NCBI GenBank assembly: GCA_902594405.1
Contig: CACJMB010000005.1
Coordinates: 11,657-75,656 of the forward strand
Reading direction: 5' to 3'
Length of the DNA stretch: 64,000 nt
Origin: an uncultured Pelagibacteraceae bacterium
GTDB lineage: Bacteria; Pseudomonadota; Alphaproteobacteria; Pelagibacterales; Pelagibacteraceae
Shown: one piece after another, positions 35,815 to 46,052 of the stretch
Layout: the number at the start of each line of letters is the position of its first letter
Numbering within the stretch: position 1 is the first letter of the stretch
The notes under the pieces: model-generated
Told to the model about the DNA's origin: nothing
The model's input: the letters and a program-made list of their open reading frames with translations, nothing else
The model's database searches: none
Program-made: the position numbers and the translations under genes

Positions 35815-36993
35815 TTATTTGTTTTGCATTGAAAATTGTATCAGATCAATATTTTTTGACTTAAATCCAGCCTCACAATAAGAAAGATAAAACTCCCACA
35901 TTCTTTTAAATGTTAAGTCAAAGCCTTGATTTTTTATTAAATCCCATTTTTTTAAAAACTCATTTCTCCATATAGCCAATGTATTTGCATAATGATCAGC
36001 ATAAGAAATATATGAATTTATAGTCAAACCGTTATCAGAAACATAACGATTAATGCTATTTTTATTAGGTAAAAAACCACCAGGAAAAATATATTTTTGA
36101 ATAAAATCTTGTTTGTTTTTGTATCTATCAAACAATCTGTCATCGATGGTAATTGCTTGAATAGCTGCTTTACCGCCATCAGATAAGTTGGTTTTAATAG
36201 TTTTAAAATAACCCTCTAAATAATTTTGACCAACAGCCTCTATCATCTCTATAGAGGCAATTGAATTGTATTTGCCTTTAAGATCTCTGTAATCTTTTAT
36301 TTCAATATTTACTTTTTCGTTTAAACCACAATTAAAAATTCTTTCTTTTGCGTATTCAAATTGTTTTTTTGATATTGTAATACAGTCTAGTTTAACATCA
36401 TATTTTTTACCTAAGTACTCAGCAAAACCTCCCCAACCACATCCTATTTCTAAAACTTTGTCGCCATTATTTGGTTTTATTAGATCAATTAATTTTTGAT
36501 ATTTATTATTTTGAGCATCAGAAAGATTTTTCGATTTATCATCAAAAATAGCACTAGAGTAAGTAAGTGTGTCATCTAACCAAAGAGAAAAAAAATCATT
36601 ACCTAGATCATAATGTTTAGCAATATTTTCTTTGCTTCTACTTTTTGTATTTTTGATTATTTTATTTTTTACAAAATTAATTATTGGAAAATCAAGAAGT
36701 CCTGAGAATTTATATATAACTTCTATATTTCTTGCAGTTAATTCAATTAAATTTGATAAGTTGTCAGTTTCAAATTCACCTCTCATGTAGCTCTCAGCAA
36801 ATCCAATACTGCCACCTCTAATTAAATTATAATTAAAATCTGGTTTTTTGATTGAAATATTTGCATGCAATTTTTCATTCAGATTTCCAAACTTTAAAAC
36901 TTTTCCGTCATGTGTAGTCAGCACTAGATAACCATGATTTATTTTATTAAGAAATTTAAAGACTAATTTATCTGCGGCGTTATTTAAAAACAT
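35815..36993 (-). CDS. cfa: SAM-dependent fatty-acyl phospholipid methyltransferase (Cfa/UfaM-like)
   Basis: HYDLGNDF, TYSSA, LEIGCGWGG, SIEMIEAVG, KYIFPGG and YCEAGF motifs. Confidence 0.88.
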   Translation of the reverse strand: MFLNNAADKLVFKFLNKINHGYLVLTTHDGKVLKFGNLNEKLHANISIKKPDFNYNLIRGGSIGFAESYMRGEFETDNLSNLIELTARNIEVIYKFSGLLDFPIINFVKNKIIKNTKSRSKENIAKHYDLGNDFFSLWLDDTLTYSSAIFDDKSKNLSDAQNNKYQKLIDLIKPNNGDKVLEIGCGWGGFAEYLGKKYDVKLDCITISKKQFEYAKERIFNCGLNEKVNIEIKDYRDLKGKYNSIASIEMIEAVGQNYLEGYFKTIKTNLSDGGKAAIQAITIDDRLFDRYKNKQDFIQKYIFPGGFLPNKNSINRYVSDNGLTINSYISYADHYANTLAIWRNEFLKKWDLIKNQGFDLTFKRMWEFYLSYCEAGFKSKNIDLIQFSMQNK

Positions 36994-37757
36994 TAATTTT
37001 CTACTGTTATATTATTTTTAATTTTAAATTTTTTCTTAATAAATTTAATTCCTTTAATCCACAATTTAAACGCTTCAAAATGTATCGCAGAGATAATTTT
37101 AAATGTCATCAAAGGGTGTTTAAGATAAGAATTCATTAAGTTTTTACTTGTCAAATCAGATCTTTCACCATCTTGAGATGCAAAAAGAATTTTTCCTTCT
37201 TGATCATATTGATCAATTACAACTGACAACTTCTGCTCTGGATTTAATATCCTAAAAAAATAATTACAATCCATTTCAATAAATGGTGAAACATGAAATT
37301 TCTTTGAGCAATTATTTTGAATTAATTTATTTTGTCCCTCCACTTTGAAAACATATGTGTGTTGCTCACCAAATGTATTCTTAACTTCATATAAAATAGA
37401 AATTAAATTATCATTTTTATCGTATACAAAAAAAATACTTAGTGGATTAAAAACATAACCAAATATTCTTGGATAGCATAAAAGTTTAACTTTTATATTA
37501 TCTGTTGTGATTTCGTTATTAATTAGATTTTTTTTTACCCATTCAAAAAGAGATGAACCATCACGATCACCATGATCTTTCTCATAAAAACTAATAAGAT
37601 TAAATTTATTTAATGAAAAAAATTTTAATTTATCATCAAGCTCATTTAGTTCTGATAGATCTATAAATAATGAAAATACTTTATACTTAAAAAAATGTTC
37701 TTTTGGTTTAAATCTCTTATGGATTACATTACCATTATATATACAAGAACTAATCAT
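36993..37757 (-). CDS. DUF1365-family protein (UfaO-like)
   Basis: HKRFKPKEHFF, PRIFGYVFNPLS, EVKNTFGEQH and KFHVSPF motifs. Confidence 0.85.
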   Translation of the reverse strand: MISSCIYNGNVIHKRFKPKEHFFKYKVFSLFIDLSELNELDDKLKFFSLNKFNLISFYEKDHGDRDGSSLFEWVKKNLINNEITTDNIKVKLLCYPRIFGYVFNPLSIFFVYDKNDNLISILYEVKNTFGEQHTYVFKVEGQNKLIQNNCSKKFHVSPFIEMDCNYFFRILNPEQKLSVVIDQYDQEGKILFASQDGERSDLTSKNLMNSYLKHPLMTFKIISAIHFEAFKLWIKGIKFIKKKFKIKNNITVEN

Positions 37758-38988
37758 TAAGGTTTTTCAGCATTTCAATGGATGATTTTATTCCATCTTC
37801 ATGAAATCCGTAACCAAAATAACTGCCACAAAAAAGTAAATCTTTTTGATTTTGTATTTTAATAAGCTCTGACTGAGCATCTAATGCTTTTTGATCGTAA
37901 TATGGATGTGTAAATTTTACTTTTCTCAATATTTTTTTCTCATCAATATCGAAGTAAGGATTAAGTGTTAAGAAAATATTTTCATCACACTTTAAATTTT
38001 GTAATAAATTTAACCAGTAGGTTATTGAATTTTTCTCTAAATTCTTGTCGTCTATTGATGAATTCCAAGAAGACCAAGCTTTTTTATTTTTTGGCATAGC
38101 CCGCTGATCTGTATGTATGTAAGCTATATTTTCTTTGTAGCTAAAATTTGAAAGAATATTTTTCTCATCCTCAGTTGGATTTTCAATTAACTTTAAGGCT
38201 TCATCTGCATGCGTTGCCAAAACTACTTTGTCATAATCGAAGAATTCACTTTCTCCACCATAATATAAATCTAATCCTGATGATTTTCTTTTAACTCTTG
38301 TAACTTTGTAATTTTTGTAGTGTTCACCACTTATTTGAGAAAGTATTTTATTAACATAAGTTCTGCTTCTATTGGTTACTGTGTACCACTGGGGTCTATT
38401 TTTTAATTTAAACAAACCATGATTTTGGAAAAATCTAAGAAAGAAACTAATTGGCATCTTGCTCGCTTCATAAGGAGGCATAGACCAAATTGCAGATACC
38501 ATTGGTATTATATGATAATCAACAAATGTTTTTGATAGTTTATTTATTTTTAAATATTCACCTAAAGTAATTTTATCATTTGATACATTTACTTGATCAC
38601 TTTTTTTATAAAATTTAATTATATCAAAAAACATTTTTAAGAACTCTATGTTAAACAAATTTGATTTATTAGAGAAAATTCCACTCAACCCTTTTCCACA
38701 ATATTCAAAGTTTGTATTATCTACTGTAACTGAAAAAGACATATTGCTTTTTTCAATTTGAATATCATTTTCCTTAAAAAAATTAATTAAATTTGGATAA
38801 TTTTGAAAATTAAAAACAATAAAACCAATATCTACTGAAACTTTTTTTTCATCAAAAATCAAATCTATTGTATGAGAGTGTCCACCAAAATGATCTTCTC
38901 GCTCGAAAAGATCTACGTGATGATTTTTAGATAAATAATAAGCAGCACTTAATCCGGAAATACCTGAGCCAACAACAGCAATTTTCAT
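37750..38988 (-). CDS. NAD/FAD-binding amine-oxidase-like protein (COG2907, UfaD-like)
   Basis: GSGISGL, FGGHSHT, DIGFIVFN and GSYFGYGFHEDG motifs. Confidence 0.85.
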   Translation of the reverse strand: MKIAVVGSGISGLSAAYYLSKNHHVDLFEREDHFGGHSHTIDLIFDEKKVSVDIGFIVFNFQNYPNLINFFKENDIQIEKSNMSFSVTVDNTNFEYCGKGLSGIFSNKSNLFNIEFLKMFFDIIKFYKKSDQVNVSNDKITLGEYLKINKLSKTFVDYHIIPMVSAIWSMPPYEASKMPISFFLRFFQNHGLFKLKNRPQWYTVTNRSRTYVNKILSQISGEHYKNYKVTRVKRKSSGLDLYYGGESEFFDYDKVVLATHADEALKLIENPTEDEKNILSNFSYKENIAYIHTDQRAMPKNKKAWSSWNSSIDDKNLEKNSITYWLNLLQNLKCDENIFLTLNPYFDIDEKKILRKVKFTHPYYDQKALDAQSELIKIQNQKDLLFCGSYFGYGFHEDGIKSSIEMLKNLND

Positions 38989-38994
38989 TAATTA

Positions 38995-41865
38995 TTATGC
39001 TGCATCTTCTTTAAACTCATCCATACTTGGACAAGTACAAAAAATATTTTTATCTCCATATACGTTGTCAACTCTTGCAACTGGAGGCCAAAATTTATTT
39101 GCTTTTAAGAATTTTGCTGGATATGCAGCTTGCTCTCTTGAATATTTATGATTCCATTCATCTGAAGCTAATTCAATATCTGTATGAGGTGCATTTTTAA
39201 TTGGATTATCAACTTTATCGAATTTTCCTGATTTGATCATATCTATTTCTGATTTAATACTAATCAAAGTATCACAAAATCTATCTAGTTCGGACAAGCT
39301 TTCACTTTCAGTTGGTTCAATCATCATTGTACCTGCTACTGGCCATGACATTGTTGGTGCATGAAAACCATAATCAATCAACCTTTTAGCTATATCTTCT
39401 TCTGTGATCCCTGTTTCAGTTTTAATATATCGAATATCAATTATACATTCATGAGCTACATTTCCGTTTGAACCTTTATAAAGAATTGGGTAATGATCTT
39501 TAAGTCTATGAGCTATATAATTTGCATTTAATATTGCAACTTGAGTAGCTAATTTCAAACCTTCAGAGCCCATCATTTTGATATACATCCAAGAAATTGA
39601 TAAAATACTTGAGCTTCCCCAAGGTGCTGCTGAAACTGCTCCTATTCCCGTGGCAGGTCCACAGTCTTTAACAACCGGATGATTAGGTAGATAAACTTGT
39701 AAATGTCTTTTACATGCAATTGGTCCCATTCCTGGTCCTCCACCACCATGTGGAATACAGAATGTTTTGTGTAAGTTAATGTGGCAAACATCTGGACCAA
39801 AATTTCCAGGTCTTGCAATACCAACAAGCGCATTTAAATTTGCACCATCCATATAAACTTGACCACCATGTTTATGAATTAACTCACATATGTCTGTAAT
39901 TTTTTCTTCGAATACTCCGTGAGTAGACGGATACGTGACCATTAATGCTCCAAGATTTTCAGAATGCATTTCTGCTTTTTTCTTTAAATCCTCAAAATCA
40001 ACATTTCCTTCTTTGTCACAATCAACAACGACAACTTTCATTCCTACCATTTGTGCACTAGCAGGATTGGTTCCATGTGCTGAGCTAGGTATTAAACATA
40101 TATTCCTGTTTTCTTCGCCTCTATCTAAATGATATTTTCTAATAACCATTAATCCTGCATACTCCCCTTGAGCGCCTGCATTTGGCTGAAGTGAAACACC
40201 TGAAAAACCAGTAATTGATCTAAGCCAATTTTTAAGATCAGTGAATAAATCTCTATATCCTTCCATCTGCTCAATAGGTACAAATGGATGAGGCTCTGCT
40301 AATTCTCTCCACGAAATAGGTATCATTTCTGCAGTAGCATTTAATTTCATAGTACATGAACCAAGTGCAATCATAGTTCTATTTAAAGCTATATCTTTAT
40401 CTTCTAACTTTTTTAAATATCTGAGCATCTCAGTTTCTGAGTGATATGAATTAAAAACAGGATGTTCTAAATATTTTGAAGTTCTTAATAAATTTTTTGG
40501 TAAATTAGGTAAACTTACTGTTGGGTCTTCTTTTTTAATCGACTCAGCTGCATTAAAAATTTTTAGTAATTGATTTACTCTATAAACGTTTTTCTTTTCA
40601 TCAAAAGAAACTGCCAACATTTCAGAATTTACTCTTCTAATGTTTACCTTTTGATCCAAAGCATTTTTATAAATTTGATCAGTTTTATCTTTTGTTACAA
40701 TTGTAACTGTATCAAAGAAATGCTCTGAATAAATTTCATATCCAGATTGTTTCAATTTATCTGCAAAATTTTTAGCTAATTGAGAAACTCTCTCAGCAAT
40801 AGTTTTTATTCCATCTGGTCCGTGGTAAATGGCATATGCAGCTGAAACAATTGCTAACAAAGCTTGGGCAGTACAAATATTACTTGTAGCTTTATCTCTT
40901 CTTATATGTTGTTCCCTAGTTTGTAATGATAATCTGTAAGCTTTGTTTCCATGTCTATCAACAGAAACCCCTACAATTCTTCCAGGCATAGATCTTTTAT
41001 ATTCATCTTTAGTTGCAAAGAAGGCTGCATGAGGTCCACCGTAACCCATTGGAATTCCAAATCTTTGAGAACTTCCTACAGCAATATCTGCTCCTAGTTC
41101 TCTTGGTGTTTTTAATTTAGCAAGTGCTAATAAATCACAAGCTAATATTGCTTTACCATTTTTTTTATGAATTTTACTTATTGCTTCACTAGGATCTTTT
41201 ATATCTCCTAACGTTCCCGGATATTGTAATATACCACAAACTAAATCTTCCTTTAATTGGTCTAATACTTCATCTTCATTACCAACAAGTACTTTTAATC
41301 CCATTGGTTCTGCTCTTGTTTGAATTACATCGATTGTTTGTGGGTGACAATTTTCTGAGACAAAAACTAAATTACTATCTTTTTTATTTAATCTATGACT
41401 TAATCCCATTGCTTCTGCAGCTGCTGTTCCTTCATCTAATAAAGACGCATTTGCAATATCCATTCCTGTAAAATCAACTATCATTTGTTGGAAATTAAGC
41501 AGCATTTCTAATCTTCCTTGAGCTACCTCGGGTTGATAAGGTGTATAAGAAGTATACCAACCTGGATTTTCTAAAATATTTCTTAGAATTACGTATGGTG
41601 TGTAAGTTCCATAATAACCCATTCCAATAAAGTTAGAATAAATTTGATTTTTTTTTGAAATTGCCTTTAATTTTCTTAATGCTTCATATTCTGAATTAGA
41701 CTCACCAATATTTAATTCATCTTTCAATTGGATTTTTTCTGGAACTGTACTTTTGATTAAATCATCAAGTGATTTGTAATTAAGCTCCTTAAGCATTTTA
41801 TTTTGATCTTCATTTGAAGGTCCAATATGCCTTTTTAAAAAATCTTTTTGAGAATTATGTAACAT
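38995..41865 (-). CDS. gcvP: Glycine dehydrogenase (decarboxylating), P protein
   Basis: YTPYQPEVAQG, ATSNICT, LGSCTMK, AHGTNPAS and HINLHKTF motifs. Confidence 0.98.
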   Translation of the reverse strand: MLHNSQKDFLKRHIGPSNEDQNKMLKELNYKSLDDLIKSTVPEKIQLKDELNIGESNSEYEALRKLKAISKKNQIYSNFIGMGYYGTYTPYVILRNILENPGWYTSYTPYQPEVAQGRLEMLLNFQQMIVDFTGMDIANASLLDEGTAAAEAMGLSHRLNKKDSNLVFVSENCHPQTIDVIQTRAEPMGLKVLVGNEDEVLDQLKEDLVCGILQYPGTLGDIKDPSEAISKIHKKNGKAILACDLLALAKLKTPRELGADIAVGSSQRFGIPMGYGGPHAAFFATKDEYKRSMPGRIVGVSVDRHGNKAYRLSLQTREQHIRRDKATSNICTAQALLAIVSAAYAIYHGPDGIKTIAERVSQLAKNFADKLKQSGYEIYSEHFFDTVTIVTKDKTDQIYKNALDQKVNIRRVNSEMLAVSFDEKKNVYRVNQLLKIFNAAESIKKEDPTVSLPNLPKNLLRTSKYLEHPVFNSYHSETEMLRYLKKLEDKDIALNRTMIALGSCTMKLNATAEMIPISWRELAEPHPFVPIEQMEGYRDLFTDLKNWLRSITGFSGVSLQPNAGAQGEYAGLMVIRKYHLDRGEENRNICLIPSSAHGTNPASAQMVGMKVVVVDCDKEGNVDFEDLKKKAEMHSENLGALMVTYPSTHGVFEEKITDICELIHKHGGQVYMDGANLNALVGIARPGNFGPDVCHINLHKTFCIPHGGGGPGMGPIACKRHLQVYLPNHPVVKDCGPATGIGAVSAAPWGSSSILSISWMYIKMMGSEGLKLATQVAILNANYIAHRLKDHYPILYKGSNGNVAHECIIDIRYIKTETGITEEDIAKRLIDYGFHAPTMSWPVAGTMMIEPTESESLSELDRFCDTLISIKSEIDMIKSGKFDKVDNPIKNAPHTDIELASDEWNHKYSREQAAYPAKFLKANKFWPPVARVDNVYGDKNIFCTCPSMDEFKEDAA

Positions 41866-42248
41866 TAGCTAGCACTCTCCTTTGCAAATTTATCATATTC
41901 TTCTTTATTCATAAGACTATCCATTTCAGATTGATCTTTCATTTTAAGTTTAAAAAACCATGCTGAACCCTCTGGATCTTCATTAATTTTAGATGGATCA
42001 TCTACAATAGCTTGATTAATATCTACTACTTCACCACTAACTGGAGTATAAACATCACTAGCAGCTTTCGTAGATTCTACTACTCCTGCAGTACCATCTT
42101 TTTCAACATTAGATCCTTTTTCAGGAAGTTCTGCAAAAACGATGTCGCCGAGCATTTCTGTTGCATGTTTTGTAATTCCTATTGTAGCTACATCTCCCTC
42201 TAATGTAATCCACTCATGTTCTTTTGAAAATTTTACTTCACTCATCAA
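41865..42248 (-). CDS. gcvH: Glycine cleavage H protein
   Basis: FSKEHEW and the lipoyl-Lys motif VESTKAASD. Confidence 0.97.
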   Translation of the reverse strand: MMSEVKFSKEHEWITLEGDVATIGITKHATEMLGDIVFAELPEKGSNVEKDGTAGVVESTKAASDVYTPVSGEVVDINQAIVDDPSKINEDPEGSAWFFKLKMKDQSEMDSLMNKEEYDKFAKESAS

Positions 42249-43348
42249 TTTACTCCTTTCACATAATTTTTTTTATAAAATGGTAATGCGCAAACATTTG
42301 CTGGATGTTTTTTCCCTCTTACCTCAAGCAAAATTTTAGTATCAACTTTTGAAAACTCTTTATTAACATAACCCATCGCTATAGGACCGTTTACACTTGG
42401 TCCAAACGTGCCACTAGTTATCTCACCGATTTGTGTATCTGTATCATCAAATATTTTAGTTTTTTCTCTAGCAATCAATCTACCTTCGGGTTTAATTCCT
42501 ACTCTTATTTGGCTTGCTCCATCTTGCATTTGGTTCATAATTTTTTTCGATCCAATAAAACCCCCGTTTGATAATCTAGATTTTGAGATTGCCCATCTAA
42601 GATTTGCCTCAACTGGTGTTTTATTAATATCTAATTCGTGACCATATAAACACAATCCAGCTTCCAATCTCAAGGTATCTCTTGCCCCAAGTCCTATAAG
42701 TTGTGCTCCCTTTTCTATTAAATTTTCAACGAATTTTTCAGCTTTATCGTTAGAAATTGAAATTTCAAATCCATCTTCCCCTGTATAACCTGATCTTGTA
42801 ACAAATGATTTTTGATTACCAGAATCGAACCAATTTCCTGTCATAAAATTTAATTGATCAACCCCATTTATAATTGAGTTTAAAATTTCAACAGACTTGG
42901 GTCCTTGAATTGCTATCAAAGATCTATTGTTATCTAAATTCATTTTGAATTTTGAACCTAGTAAATTAGATAAAATCTCAAAGTCTTTATCTTTGCATGC
43001 AGCATTTAGGATAATTAAATACCCCTCCTCTATTTTGGTGATGATTAAATCATCATAAATTCCTGCATCCTCATTCATTAAAAAACTATACTTAGAACAG
43101 TTTAGTTTTAGATTTTTTAAATCTAATGGAAAAATTTTTTCTAATTCTTCAGTTAAACTTTCATCACCATATATAAATAGTTGGCCCATATGTGATACAT
43201 CAAATATTCCAGAGTGGGATCTTGTGAATTTATGCTCTTCAATAATACCTTTGCTATACTGAATAGGCATTTCATACCCAGCAAATTCAACAAACTTTGC
43301 GTTGTTACTTTGATGAAGTTTATTAAGTGTTGTTTTTTTTATTTCCAT
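42245..43348 (-). CDS. gcvT: Glycine cleavage T protein (aminomethyltransferase)
   Basis: [33 protein letters not shown] and TSGTFGP motifs. Confidence 0.97.
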   Translation of the reverse strand: MEIKKTTLNKLHQSNNAKFVEFAGYEMPIQYSKGIIEEHKFTRSHSGIFDVSHMGQLFIYGDESLTEELEKIFPLDLKNLKLNCSKYSFLMNEDAGIYDDLIITKIEEGYLIILNAACKDKDFEILSNLLGSKFKMNLDNNRSLIAIQGPKSVEILNSIINGVDQLNFMTGNWFDSGNQKSFVTRSGYTGEDGFEISISNDKAEKFVENLIEKGAQLIGLGARDTLRLEAGLCLYGHELDINKTPVEANLRWAISKSRLSNGGFIGSKKIMNQMQDGASQIRVGIKPEGRLIAREKTKIFDDTDTQIGEITSGTFGPSVNGPIAMGYVNKEFSKVDTKILLEVRGKKHPANVCALPFYKKNYVKGVN

Positions 43349-43359
43349 ATTAACTCTTC

Positions 43360-43506
43360 TTTGCCCCCTCTGTCTTGGTGCCTGAGAGATTTGCTCCGTC
43401 GGCGAGAATAATTCTCTTTCCAGAGTTAATATGTACGGTCCTTTTGCCTGAGAGTTTCCGGGGTGGTTGCTCCTTCGGCGCTACAAAAGTAGTCTCTCCC
43501 GTATAT
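43360..43506 (-). ncRNA. Tandem glycine riboswitch
   Basis: Minus strand reads GGGAGAGAC...CGCCGAAGGAGCAA...CTCTCAGGCAAAAGGACCG (aptamer I) and CTCTGGAAAGAG...CGCCGACGGAGCAA...CTCTCAGGCACCAAGACAGAG (aptamer II), directly upstream of gcvT. Confidence 0.96.
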
Positions 43507-43541
43507 AAATTTATAACACATTTAGAATGTTTATGTGAATT

Positions 43542-44414
43542 TTATTTGGCTAGTTTTTTAACAAGTAATGGAGACAAAAACTGTATAACTACTGCTGTTA
43601 TAACTACGGCTCCCCCAAAAAGTACAGTAAGTGGTGGGTTTTCGTTTGCAAACATCCATGCCCACATGGGTCCTAAAACAGCTTCAGTTAACATAATAAT
43701 TCCAACAAATGCTGAAGGAGTTGATCTTGCTCCAATTGTTATAAGTATAAATCCAAGTCCAACTTGAAAAAATCCTGCAATAAAACCTAAAAAGATATCA
43801 TTTGTTGAAACCAAAATACTCGGTGACATAAACAAACCTATTAGTGTTGCAAAAATTCCAGCAACCAATTGTAAAGGTATCATGTCGACTTTTGGATATT
43901 TTCTGACAATTAAAATTAAGATTGCAAATGATATCGGCATAATAAACGCAACTAAGTTTCCAGTCATTTGACCTGGTGTTAGTGAACTTCCCAACATTAA
44001 AATGATACCAGCTACTGCTGTAATAATGCAAGTTAATGTAATTTTTGAAATTTTTTCTTTTAAAAATACGTAACCAAAAATTGCTAAAAACAAAGCTTGA
44101 GTTTGTATTATAAAGTTTGCATTAGCTACTGTTGTTTCGTACATAGCAAATACATAGCTAGCAAATCCAATGGATAAAATTATACCTCCGAATAAACCTG
44201 GAATTCCAGATTTATAAAGAGCACTGAAAATTTTTCCTTTGTAAGTAAAAATTAAAAAAATTGTAATTACTCCAATAAAGAAAAGTGATCTCCAAAATAA
44301 TATTTGCCAAAGTGTAGATCCATCGAAAGACTTAACAATTAAACCTCCAAAACTTAATGCACAAGCTCCTAAAAAAACTAAAAAAGGACCTGGTATTTTT
44401 GATAAAAAATTCAT
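43542..44414 (-). CDS. DMT/EamA-family transporter
   Basis: About 10 TM helices; LTEAVLGPMWAW motif. Confidence 0.85.
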   Translation of the reverse strand: MNFLSKIPGPFLVFLGACALSFGGLIVKSFDGSTLWQILFWRSLFFIGVITIFLIFTYKGKIFSALYKSGIPGLFGGIILSIGFASYVFAMYETTVANANFIIQTQALFLAIFGYVFLKEKISKITLTCIITAVAGIILMLGSSLTPGQMTGNLVAFIMPISFAILILIVRKYPKVDMIPLQLVAGIFATLIGLFMSPSILVSTNDIFLGFIAGFFQVGLGFILITIGARSTPSAFVGIIMLTEAVLGPMWAWMFANENPPLTVLFGGAVVITAVVIQFLSPLLVKKLAK

Positions 44415-45358
44415 TAAATTTGTGATAGTAAATTTTGAGTTTCCATCTCATATAACTTAAATAGATTCTCTGCATCAGATAAATTAATCTCTTTAAATTT
44501 TATTTTTGAACCAGGAGACATCTGTACTAATCGGTCATAATCGACACTAGCCACAACTCCAATTTTTGGATAGCCACCAATAGTACCATGATCTGAAAGC
44601 ATTATAATTGGATTTCCGTCTGCCGGTACTTGGATTACACCTTTAATCAAACCCTCTGATTTTATGTTGGTATTCACTATATTATCAATTTTAGGTCCCT
44701 CTAGCCTCATACCCATTCTGTCTGAAAGTTTCGATACTGTGAATTCCTTTTCATAAAATATTTTTTTACCTTCTTCAGAAAAGTAATCAAAATTAGTGCC
44801 TTTGATCACTCTTATGTTTTCTATTTTGGTATTAATGTAATTAGTTTTTTTAATATCCTTATTTGAATTTATTTTTTTTAAATTAATTCTTTGCCCTACA
44901 TCTAATTTTTTTCCATCATTAGATCCAATATTTGCTTTTGTATTTATAGAGCAACTATTCCATTGGAATTTTAAATCGAACTCTCCACCTAATGCTAAAT
45001 ATCCATAAACTGATTTATTTGTAGATATGATATTTATCTCATCTCCATTTTCAATTTGATAACTTTCGTAACAATTTCCCTCAATTTCAGTATCTTTTTT
45101 TTTTATTGAAAAAATTACATCTCCAGTGATGGCACAATTAATTTTTTCTCCTGAATATTTTATATGGGGACCTTGATATGCAAACTCTATAACTGCAGAA
45201 TCTAAATTATTATTAACAAGTTTATTAGCTATAAGATAATTTCTATTATCCATAGCGCCACTAAACGGAATGCCAATATGATAAAGATGATCCCTGCCTT
45301 TATCTTGAAAAGTGGTATTAATTCCAGGTCTGATTATATCTAGATAATTGCTACTCAT
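44414..45358 (-). CDS. pxpC: 5-oxoprolinase subunit C (AHS2/KipA family)
   Basis: TTFQDKGR, SGAMD, SDRMGMRL, GVIQVP and TIGGYPKI motifs. Confidence 0.9.
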   Translation of the reverse strand: MSSNYLDIIRPGINTTFQDKGRDHLYHIGIPFSGAMDNRNYLIANKLVNNNLDSAVIEFAYQGPHIKYSGEKINCAITGDVIFSIKKKDTEIEGNCYESYQIENGDEINIISTNKSVYGYLALGGEFDLKFQWNSCSINTKANIGSNDGKKLDVGQRINLKKINSNKDIKKTNYINTKIENIRVIKGTNFDYFSEEGKKIFYEKEFTVSKLSDRMGMRLEGPKIDNIVNTNIKSEGLIKGVIQVPADGNPIIMLSDHGTIGGYPKIGVVASVDYDRLVQMSPGSKIKFKEINLSDAENLFKLYEMETQNLLSQI

Positions 45359-46025
45359 TATAATTTTTATACTGATCTAAAGTAATTTCCTTAAAAATTA
45401 CTGTGTCTCCTGGGTTAATTAGATTTGGTGTGTCTTCTTTTGAACTATCAAAGATATCTAAAGGTGTGTTTCCTAAAATATTCCATCCACCTGGACTTTC
45501 AAATGTATAAATGTTTGCAAATTGCTCAGTTAATGCAACTGATCCCTTTGGCACTTTTACTCTTGGAGTCTCTAAGCGTTGAGCTCTCATATTCTCATCT
45601 AGGTCACCAAGAAAAGGCATGCCTGCAATAAACCCTGTCATGTAACAAAAATATTCCTTATTTAAAAAATTCTCTAAAATTTTTTCTCTACTTAATTTTA
45701 ATATTTCTTCTAATCTTTTAATGTCCATTGAAAAATTTTCATGACAACAAACTGGTATTTCTAATTTTTTTGAATTTATATCTTTTGAGTCTTGAGCATT
45801 AATGTTTTCAACATAATTTTTTACTTCTTTAAAATTTGTTTTTTTTAGATCATAAGAAATAATTAGTTTATTATAAGAAGGTGTTAAATTATTTATCCCT
45901 TCAAATTTTTTTTCTTTAATAGTTTTAAAATATTTTATTACTTGTGAATTAATTGATTTATTTACTTCATTACCAAAATCACAGTACAAAGCTGCGTCAC
46001 CAAGATTTGATATATTTTTTATCAT
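45351..46025 (-). CDS. pxpB: 5-oxoprolinase subunit B (AHS1/KipI family)
   Basis: GFIAGMPFL, PRVKVPKGSV and SPGGWNILG motifs. Confidence 0.9.
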   Translation of the reverse strand: MIKNISNLGDAALYCDFGNEVNKSINSQVIKYFKTIKEKKFEGINNLTPSYNKLIISYDLKKTNFKEVKNYVENINAQDSKDINSKKLEIPVCCHENFSMDIKRLEEILKLSREKILENFLNKEYFCYMTGFIAGMPFLGDLDENMRAQRLETPRVKVPKGSVALTEQFANIYTFESPGGWNILGNTPLDIFDSSKEDTPNLINPGDTVIFKEITLDQYKNYNE

Positions 46026-46052
46026 GTCATGTTATACTTAACATTAGAGACT

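Noticed and set aside
43375-43767. 130-aa plus-strand ORF
   Set aside because: It lies antisense to the glycine riboswitch and the DMT gene; its openness is explained by those features.
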